In this document: positions 18,007 through 24,251 of the stretch, piece by piece | How the letters are laid out: each line of letters starts with the position of its first letter | Position numbering within the stretch: position 1 is the first letter of the stretch | Source of the DNA: a virus | Taxonomy: Duplodnaviria; Heunggongvirae; Uroviricota; Caudoviricetes | Length of the DNA stretch: 24,251 nucleotides | IMG/VR virus record: IMGVR_UViG_3300013902_000001 | Location: 148,000-172,250 of that record | Strand: one strand, 5' to 3' | Notes under the pieces: model-generated | Databases searched by the model: none | The model's input: only the letters and a program-made list of their open reading frames with translations | What the model was told of the DNA's origin: nothing | Program-made: the position numbers and the translations under genes

Positions 18007-18458
18007 ATCTAAATAAATTTATTACATTGTGTTTGTTAATAATTAGTCCTATAACTTATGCTCGCACGATTATAAGTTCGAGCAAAATTTGGACAAATAA
18101 TAATTCCAAATGTACCATCACTTATGAGTGGAGTGATGGAACTAAAACTCAAGATGTTTGTTACTTTTCTGCAAATGGTTCTCATTGTGTTTATAATCAA
18201 CCTCTAGAACGCGTGATTATACCATCTATTTCTTGCAGTATTGAAGGTGATAGTTTATATATTTATACTTTCGTAAAAGGGAAACTTACTAATACATCAA
18301 AAGAGCAAATTAAAAACTATTACTTAAACGAAACCACTTATAAATTTAGATATCCTGAAACCAGTATTCCAACCGATAATTATTATCTTATAGAAACCTC
18401 CACAGGAATTTATAAAATCACCAAATCAGATACTATTAATTATTGTCGAAAATTGTAA
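18003..18458 (+). CDS. Putative secreted protein
   Basis: From ATG 18003 (ATGA overlap): MNLNKFITLCLLIISPITYA, a signal-peptide-like sequence. Confidence 0.65.
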   Translation: MNLNKFITLCLLIISPITYARTIISSSKIWTNNNSKCTITYEWSDGTKTQDVCYFSANGSHCVYNQPLERVIIPSISCSIEGDSLYIYTFVKGKLTNTSKEQIKNYYLNETTYKFRYPETSIPTDNYYLIETSTGIYKITKSDTINYCRKL

Positions 18459-18476
18459 TCGAACTAAAAGTGGAAA

Positions 18477-18677
18477 ATGATGGAATTTTTACTAATAATT
18501 TTACAATTAGCTATCTCGTCTCTGATTATTTACTGGGGCTGTAAGGTAGCTCAAGATAATAAGCGAAATGTTCCGGTAGCAGCAGTTTTGTGTTTTCTAT
18601 TTGGAATATTTGCTGTAGTTGGTTATTATATAGCAGGAGAGAAAAATGATACCAGAGGAGAGGAAAAAGCAAGCTGA
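18477..18677 (+). CDS. Small two-TM membrane protein
   Basis: Two hydrophobic segments separated by KVAQDNKRN. Confidence 0.7.
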   Translation: MMEFLLIILQLAISSLIIYWGCKVAQDNKRNVPVAAVLCFLFGIFAVVGYYIAGEKNDTRGEEKAS

Positions 18678-19203
18678 TGAAGCTTATAGGCTTTTAGATA
18701 AGATAATCAATACAGCAGCTCGTCTAGATATTAATAAAGAATTCTTTGGACTAACTGAAGAAGAATTTACAAAATGGGATGAAGATTATCGAAAAGAGTA
18801 TGGAATTGGGTTAAAAGAAGGAATGGAAAGAGTCAAACAAAGACTTTCCAATCCAAAAGCTAATTTCAAAGATCGAATTGATAATCTGGAGAAGTTACGG
18901 AAAATATACGAACAAGATGAACGAAAATTGCTTCAAGATTTACTATATACCTATAAACAAGAGAAAGGTTTAAATTATCTTTCTTTTAATAGAAGTGTTA
19001 TGGGAATTTATGATGATAACTATTCGGGACTTACTGGTATATCAATTTCGTATATTCATTGGGATGATAATAATATATGGTGTGCTGGATCCACTGAATC
19101 TGGATTTGATATAGAGGAATTGAAAATAGAAGGAATAGAGATTAATTTAATTGCTATTTGCAAAAGAATTTTCAAAGCGTTATATGAAAATGAAGTTAAT
19201 TAA
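18646..19203 (+). CDS. Hypothetical protein
   Basis: 185-aa ORF in the operon. Confidence 0.65.
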   Translation: MIPEERKKQADEAYRLLDKIINTAARLDINKEFFGLTEEEFTKWDEDYRKEYGIGLKEGMERVKQRLSNPKANFKDRIDNLEKLRKIYEQDERKLLQDLLYTYKQEKGLNYLSFNRSVMGIYDDNYSGLTGISISYIHWDDNNIWCAGSTESGFDIEELKIEGIEINLIAICKRIFKALYENEVN

Positions 19204-19205
19204 GT

Positions 19206-19637
19206 ATGACTGTTTACATAGTTTATAAAGAAAAATTCCCTTCCATGCGTCCAACTGAAATTTGTAAAGTTTTTCTTGACAAATATGACGCATTCGACTA
19301 TATCGATAAAGAAGCTTGTGCACTGAGGAATGATCCCGATTTTTCTAATTATCACCGAAATGATTTTAAGGAAGGTTGGGAAATCCAATTACACGATATT
19401 TATTCGGAAGCCTATATTAAATGGGCAGTGGTCTTAAAGGAAGTAGATATCCCTAATGGATTTGTAATGGATCCTATTACTGTTTATAATAACGATTTAG
19501 AAGAGTATAATTTGATTTTACCAGCAGGTAAAACTATGAAAGATTTGAAAGATTGTTGTGAAGATCAGTTATGGGATTCCATATATGATTTTGGTGGATT
19601 TTTATACGATTCAATTCAAAAGTTAAATGATGACTAA
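19206..19637 (+). CDS. Hypothetical acidic protein
   Basis: 143-aa ORF; MTVYIVY...KVF...DA start typical of small phage proteins. Confidence 0.65.
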   Translation: MTVYIVYKEKFPSMRPTEICKVFLDKYDAFDYIDKEACALRNDPDFSNYHRNDFKEGWEIQLHDIYSEAYIKWAVVLKEVDIPNGFVMDPITVYNNDLEEYNLILPAGKTMKDLKDCCEDQLWDSIYDFGGFLYDSIQKLNDD

Positions 19638-19884
19638 ATTACCTACTATTATTTATAAGGATGAAAAATCCTACGAACTTCTGCTTGTTTTTACTAATTT
19701 AGGAACAGCAGAAATTCCTAATTATTGCTGGTGTTGTAAATATGTTCACATGATTGATAACGACCCAGAAAGAAAAAAGCCTAGAACTATAGGCGATGTA
19801 TTACATTTGGAAGGAACAGAACAAAAAACACTCGGAGATCTCGAAACGAAGATATTAGAACAAATTAAGGATTATATTGTATGA
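19627..19884 (+). CDS. Hypothetical protein
   Basis: 85-aa ORF overlapping both neighbours. Confidence 0.6.
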   Translation: MMTKLPTIIYKDEKSYELLLVFTNLGTAEIPNYCWCCKYVHMIDNDPERKKPRTIGDVLHLEGTEQKTLGDLETKILEQIKDYIV

Positions 19885-20552
19885 AAAAATTGTTGTTTGG
19901 ATTAATAACTATAATGAGTAGTCTAATGATTAATGCAGAGGAGTATTCGTTGGTAATAACCGGAGACTATTTTCCTGATTATGGTTATGATAGTTCTAGT
20001 GTAACAATATATGCAAATAATAATAAACCGTATGTCATTGACTACAAAAGTGTAACCTGTTCCAGATGGCATAATTCGTGTCCTGTTATAAAATTTAATG
20101 ATACGAATTGTCCAGAAAACATTCAATCAAATATAACTGGATTGATTCCAAATATTACTAAAATAGTTATTGATTATACAAACGTTTGTCCTGAAGCCGG
20201 ACGTAGACAGATGTGGCATAGAAGTCCTGTTTTAAATGTGTGTATTGGTGAAGATACTATTTCTGGAATATCAAATGATTCAATAATAAATGATCATTAT
20301 CATACTTTATTTATATATTATCCAAAACACTTTTCAAATAATTTTCATATCTTTTATAATTATATAGTAGATGACGTAATCACACATTATGATGTCAAAT
20401 GTTCGTCTATTACAATTTATTTTAAAAACGGAGATGCTGTATCGGTAAATAATACATCCACTCCTAAAAAAGGTAAAACTTTAATAAAAGATGGAAAAAT
20501 AGTTTTACAATACAATGATAAATATTATAATTTAATTGGACAACAACTATGA
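19881..20552 (+). CDS. Secreted protein with signal peptide and a T9SS-like C-terminal sorting tail
   Basis: MKKLLFGLITIMSSLMINA signal peptide; C-terminus KTLIKDGKIVLQYNDKYYNLIGQQL. Confidence 0.6.
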   Translation: MKKLLFGLITIMSSLMINAEEYSLVITGDYFPDYGYDSSSVTIYANNNKPYVIDYKSVTCSRWHNSCPVIKFNDTNCPENIQSNITGLIPNITKIVIDYTNVCPEAGRRQMWHRSPVLNVCIGEDTISGISNDSIINDHYHTLFIYYPKHFSNNFHIFYNYIVDDVITHYDVKCSSITIYFKNGDAVSVNNTSTPKKGKTLIKDGKIVLQYNDKYYNLIGQQL

Positions 20553-20800
20553 TTATACTTTTTAAAATTCTGATTATTATTGGAGCAGTTTGTACTATTT
20601 TTAATAGTTATAAAATTGCTCAATTTATTAATGGAAAACAGGTTAATATTCCTGGTTTTACATTTACTCCTGATATTCACATCAATGATATTTCAGAAGA
20701 AACTGAAGCTAAAATTAAGAAATGGATTGGATGGATGTTTGTTCTTATATCAGATCTAATTGCTTTGTTTAAAATTTACGTAGTACTTTGGTTGATATGA
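20549..20800 (+). CDS. Two-TM membrane protein
   Basis: Hydrophobic N- and C-terminal segments around a short loop. Confidence 0.65.
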   Translation: MIILFKILIIIGAVCTIFNSYKIAQFINGKQVNIPGFTFTPDIHINDISEETEAKIKKWIGWMFVLISDLIALFKIYVVLWLI

Positions 20801-21360
20801 TAAATTGTCTGATTTTATCTTTAGTAGCACTGTTTGTCTTTGTGCTTTATAATGTTTGTATGGTATGGAAGTTCGGTATGCCTTCTAGTTTATCTGATAC
20901 TTTTTATATCTTGCAAAATCAAAAGAAAGGTTTAGGTTATTGCTTTTCTGCTATGATGTGGATTATGGCAGGTCTTCTTATGCCAGCTTGGTTGACTATA
21001 TCTGATACTGTTGGGGGATGGGAGTCTAATTTGACTTTTCTTGCTTTCTTTGCTGCTGCTATGATTATGTTTGTTGGAACAGCTCCAGCGTTTAGAAATG
21101 TAGGACTCGAAAATCGAGTTCATATGATCTGTGCTAAGGCTTGTGCTGTCTTTGCTATTGCTTGGTGTGCAGTTGTTTGTTGGAGAATTATGTATATTAT
21201 TCCCATTGCCATTGGTTTAGCTTGGCTAATAGGATGGTTATTGCGTAACCATACAAATAACAATCGGGAATGGAAACGCTGCTCAGATTGGATATGGGAA
21301 ATGGCAGCTTTCATTGCTACTTTTGGAACTATAATAACTGAGTGTATTATTTTAATATGA
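20797..21360 (+). CDS. Multi-pass integral membrane protein
   Basis: About 5-6 hydrophobic segments and an SSLSDTFY motif; ATG 20797 forms an ATGA overlap. Confidence 0.75.
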   Translation: MINCLILSLVALFVFVLYNVCMVWKFGMPSSLSDTFYILQNQKKGLGYCFSAMMWIMAGLLMPAWLTISDTVGGWESNLTFLAFFAAAMIMFVGTAPAFRNVGLENRVHMICAKACAVFAIAWCAVVCWRIMYIIPIAIGLAWLIGWLLRNHTNNNREWKRCSDWIWEMAAFIATFGTIITECIILI

Positions 21361-21650
21361 TAAATTACGGATTTCCTGAAACAAACTCTGAAGAAATCAA
21401 AATAGACGCTGGCTCTAAAATAGTATATATACAGGAACCTGATTGTTGTCAACCACAAGATTCTGATTATCAAAATCTTACACTAGAAGCTGACGATGGA
21501 GGTGGTGGTATGTTTATACGATTTAAGACTGGACCACTAGGATGGTCAGTAGACACTGAAAATCTACAGAATTTGATAAATATTTTTAATGATTTTAGAA
21601 TGAAGATGGAAGGAAAACCATGTAAATTAACAAATAATGAAGCCAAGTAA
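21357..21650 (+). CDS. Hypothetical protein
   Basis: ATG 21357 forms an ATGA overlap; contains PDCC and ADDGGGGMFIRFKT. Confidence 0.65.
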   Translation: MINYGFPETNSEEIKIDAGSKIVYIQEPDCCQPQDSDYQNLTLEADDGGGGMFIRFKTGPLGWSVDTENLQNLINIFNDFRMKMEGKPCKLTNNEAK

Positions 21651-22101
21651 ATTTAAAGAACCTGTCTTTCATAAAAGTAAGATTTTACCACCAAAAGGTT
21701 TTATGGCTATTACTCTTTTCGGACATGTTTTTGTCCGAGAAGAGTATTGGTTATGGCAATTTAGTAGTAACTATGACGGTATTTACTGGTCTAAAATGAA
21801 ATGGCATGAGACGATTCATATTCGTCAGGCTGCTAAAGAAAAGGATTCTTGGTTTATCTTTTATATGAAATATCTTGGCTATTGGATTCGTAATATGTTT
21901 CATTGTAAATTTAATAATCGAATAGCCTATAAATGTATTCCTTATGAAATGGAAGCTTACTATCAGGAAGTAAAATTTACACACAAGGAATATAATTGTG
22001 AAAATTTACAGAAATTTAAGGATTTTCCATATAGAGAAGCTTTAAAGAAAGCTAAAGATCCGAATTGGTATCAAACCTTAACTGATATAGCAAATGTTTG
22101 A
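21637..22101 (+). CDS. Zincin-like HExxH metallopeptidase-domain protein
   Basis: HETIH motif followed by YEMEAY (candidate third ligand Glu). Confidence 0.65.
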   Translation: MKPSKFKEPVFHKSKILPPKGFMAITLFGHVFVREEYWLWQFSSNYDGIYWSKMKWHETIHIRQAAKEKDSWFIFYMKYLGYWIRNMFHCKFNNRIAYKCIPYEMEAYYQEVKFTHKEYNCENLQKFKDFPYREALKKAKDPNWYQTLTDIANV

Positions 22102-22381
22102 TGAAATATTTAAAAGGTGGATAAACACTGATCAGCTTACTTCCGATGATATAGTTCCTATATTACTAGAATGGGATCAAACTTTTGGAAATGGAAAAAT
22201 TACAGGCAATGAAGTAGTAGCAATGCTTAATCAAGATCCTCGTATTCAGTTTATAAATATGGGAGAAGTTCTTAATAAAGCTCTTAAGTATATAGGAGTT
22301 AAGAAAGGATATAATTGGATTGAAGTTTATTCGCCAGAAGGACAACTTTTAAAGAGATTTTGGAATAATGTCGAAGCGTAA
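22094..22381 (+). CDS. Hypothetical protein
   Basis: 95-aa ORF overlapping both neighbours. Confidence 0.65.
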   Translation: MFDEIFKRWINTDQLTSDDIVPILLEWDQTFGNGKITGNEVVAMLNQDPRIQFINMGEVLNKALKYIGVKKGYNWIEVYSPEGQLLKRFWNNVEA

Positions 22382-22559
22382 ATATACAGTAACCCAGTAT
22401 TTTACCACTTTTGTTACTAGCTATGATATAGAAGCTAATAGTAAAGAAGAAGCTATTGAGATTGCTCAAGAACAAGTAAATCTCGATAATGTATGGGAGA
22501 AGGATGATTTCCTTCGAAATATGGTTTGTAATGAAGATGTAGATGTAACTGAAGTATGA
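22368..22559 (+). CDS. Small hypothetical protein (DpnD/PcfM-like IEANSKEEA motif)
   Basis: YDIEANSKEEAIEIA pattern. Confidence 0.6.
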   Translation: MSKRKYTVTQYFTTFVTSYDIEANSKEEAIEIAQEQVNLDNVWEKDDFLRNMVCNEDVDVTEV

Positions 22560-22723
22560 CAGTTCGAGAATTAAAGGAAATTTTATCTGAATATCCTGAA
22601 AATATTGAAGTTTATATCCCTAATAAATATGGGGATCCTGCTGATTTAGTTAGATCTGCAAAATTACAAACTATTGATATTTTAGGTTATCACAGAGATT
22701 TAGTGTTTATAAATTCTATATGA
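22556..22723 (+). CDS. Small hypothetical protein, 55 aa (not in the ORF track)
   Basis: MTVRELKEILSEYPENIEVYI...; ATGA overlaps at both ends. Confidence 0.7.
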   Translation: MTVRELKEILSEYPENIEVYIPNKYGDPADLVRSAKLQTIDILGYHRDLVFINSI

Positions 22724-22851
22724 CAGTAGTAAACTTAATTGAAGAATTACAGAATCTACCCCTAGATGCAGAAGTCTTTTTATCAGATGATGAATTTCGA
22801 TGCTATGATGTAGATTATGATAAAGACAAAAATAGAGTGATTATATCATGA
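22720..22851 (+). CDS. Small hypothetical protein, 43 aa (not in the ORF track), paralogous to the previous gene
   Basis: MTVVNLIEELQNLPLDAEVFL...; ATGA overlaps at both ends. Confidence 0.7.
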   Translation: MTVVNLIEELQNLPLDAEVFLSDDEFRCYDVDYDKDKNRVIIS

Positions 22852-23228
22852 AGAAATTATTAATTGGAATATTACTCTGCGTAGCTAGTTTTAGTTACGC
22901 AGAGTGTTTTAATACAAAAGCCTTGGCTATATGTATTAAAGGTGACGGTCCTTGCGAATGGACCGAATGGGAACCATGTGAAATTCCTATTTGCTTAACA
23001 AATGAGTCTATCAATATTTACTCGAAAGTAACTCAACGGTATAAAGTGCTAACTTTTAAAGATGAAAGTACTTTTACTGAAGTTCTTTGGAAATATTTTT
23101 GTATAGACCAAGATGGAGATCGTTGTAATGTGAGATTTAGACAATATACTGAAAATGGATCCAAACAAAGTCAGTTGTATATAGAATATAACGATATTGT
23201 TTGGGTTTATGATATTACTCAAGAATGA
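22848..23228 (+). CDS. Putative secreted or periplasmic protein
   Basis: MKKLLIGILLCVASFSYA signal peptide; Cys-rich mature region. Confidence 0.7.
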   Translation: MKKLLIGILLCVASFSYAECFNTKALAICIKGDGPCEWTEWEPCEIPICLTNESINIYSKVTQRYKVLTFKDESTFTEVLWKYFCIDQDGDRCNVRFRQYTENGSKQSQLYIEYNDIVWVYDITQE

Positions 23229-23494
23229 AAAAGTTGATATTTTTGTTTATAGTAACTGCTTTTATTGGATGCAAATCTACTTTTACTGGTTGTGGGGAAG
23301 TAAAGAAAAAATATGCTCCAGAGCCACAATATACTACTATGTATGATTGTTGTGGCAAATCTTATAAAGTGCCGTCTGGAAAGTTTTATTATATTCTTTC
23401 TGTAAAAGACGAAAAAGGTAAATCTTATAAAGTTTATACAAGATATGATACCTGGTTTTACACTCAACCAGGTGATACTATTTGTGCTCAATAA
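23225..23494 (+). CDS. Putative lipoprotein
   Basis: MKKLIFLFIVTAFIGC: basic N-region, hydrophobic core, lipobox Cys. Confidence 0.7.
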   Translation: MKKLIFLFIVTAFIGCKSTFTGCGEVKKKYAPEPQYTTMYDCCGKSYKVPSGKFYYILSVKDEKGKSYKVYTRYDTWFYTQPGDTICAQ

Positions 23495-23787
23495 TGGATC
23501 AGGAAACTTTTGACGGATATTGTCGTTTACTTAATACTTCGGATAAAGAAGCTCTATCGTTATTATGCAAGATGTTAAATATAACTCATGCTTGTGATGG
23601 AGGTCCATTGACTAAATATGATACAGTGTTTTTATATCAAAAAACTATTGCTAAAGTTTTGTATAAAATATCTGAGAAAGAAGGATTGAACGGGGTTGAA
23701 ACTATATCCATTAATGATTATTTTGGTGGAACTTTTGTAGTAATTTATTTAAAGCAAAGTGATTTAACTTTTGGTATATGGATATAA
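23494..23787 (+). CDS. Hypothetical protein
   Basis: ATG 23494 (TAATG overlap) is in frame with the listed ORF 23482..23787. Confidence 0.6.
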   Translation: MDQETFDGYCRLLNTSDKEALSLLCKMLNITHACDGGPLTKYDTVFLYQKTIAKVLYKISEKEGLNGVETISINDYFGGTFVVIYLKQSDLTFGIWI

Positions 23788-23846
23788 ATACAATATTATT
23801 AGGAGTAATTTTTGTAATTTTAATTATAATCTTTTTTAAGAAATGA
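23778..23846 (+). CDS. 22-aa single-TM microprotein (not in the ORF track)
   Basis: MDINTILLGVIFVILIIIFFKK exactly bridges the gap, and its TGA overlaps ATG 23843. Confidence 0.5.
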   Translation: MDINTILLGVIFVILIIIFFKK

Positions 23847-24220
23847 AAGACTATAAAGAATTAAAGGAAATGTTTCTTGATGCTAATAAATGGGCATTGC
23901 AGCAGAAAGATCGAGAGAAATATCTTTTCCAGCGTGTAGCAGAAGCTTATTTTGAAAAGAAAGGAAATCATTATGTTTATAATGAAGATTTAGGAAACTT
24001 CTTCCCAGCTATTGCTATTATAAATGATATAGTAGCTGACACTACTATTGAAGAAATTGATTTAGTTCAAAGATTTTCAGTAGATAAACCTATTGAATAT
24101 ATTCCTATTATTAAAGTGTTAGATCTCGATTCTAAGGAAACTTATAATTTGAATATAGATGATCTTAGAGATGTTAGTTATCTCGATTTAGCAGGACTTT
24201 TACTGTCAGAACTTAAATAA
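23843..24220 (+). CDS. Hypothetical protein
   Basis: 125-aa ORF, last of the operon. Confidence 0.65.
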   Translation: MKDYKELKEMFLDANKWALQQKDREKYLFQRVAEAYFEKKGNHYVYNEDLGNFFPAIAIINDIVADTTIEEIDLVQRFSVDKPIEYIPIIKVLDLDSKETYNLNIDDLRDVSYLDLAGLLLSELK

Positions 24221-24225
24221 AATAA

Positions 24226-24251
24226 CCCGGGTCGTAGAAATACGGCTCGGG
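24226..24251 (+). terminator. Probable intrinsic terminator hairpin
   Basis: CCCGGGTCGTA-GAAA-TACGGCTCGGG, an 11-bp stem with two G-U pairs just after the last stop. The U-tract would lie beyond the window edge and cannot be seen. Confidence 0.65.

Noticed and set aside
736-23491. All minus-strand ORFs in the track and nested alternative-frame + strand ORFs (10789..10974, 15155..15346)
   Set aside because: Each lies within a longer + strand gene with recognisable motifs or tight operon packing, and none has a recognisable domain. They are shadow ORFs.
1-24251. tRNA (including an amber suppressor), rRNA or CRISPR array
   Set aside because: There are no unexplained gaps large enough outside the two introns, and no cloverleaf or periodic repeat was seen by eye. 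A tRNAscan-SE run would be needed to exclude it formally.

Overview
AT-rich, densely packed phage DNA with all credible genes on the + strand and frequent ATGA/TAATG stop-start overlaps. Gene content and order fit the replication and nucleotide-metabolism module of a Bacteroidota-infecting crAss-like phage (Crassvirales); this taxonomic call is inference. The left part encodes a DnaB helicase, AAA_24 ATPase, SSB-like protein, primase, Holliday-junction resolvase, a nuclease-HAD fusion, a PD-(D/E)XK nuclease, an AAA+ ATPase, dUTPase, ATP-dependent ligase and nrdD/FTR-like/nrdG. The right part is a run of small, often membrane or secreted, accessory genes. Two group I introns can be folded by eye: 5863-7245 in the PD-(D/E)XK nuclease gene and 14700-15845 in nrdD. 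The main result is that the apparent 1.3 kb gap at 5887-7212 is not non-coding. It holds a homing endonuclease gene written with TAG=Gln (10 in-frame TAGs, two aligning with CAA codons of a paralog 2 kb upstream), now also carrying a 1-nt frameshift and a TAA. A second gene (16994) also reads through a TAG, and only 1 of 43 gene stops is TAG. Together these suggest an amber-recoding phage whose intron endonuclease could be translated only once amber suppression is on. Other notable items are a redoxin-type class III RNR (Cys-Cys thiyl loop) with an FTR-like Fe-S protein between nrdD and nrdG, and a phage protein resembling type IX secretion cargo. No tRNA, rRNA or CRISPR array was seen.
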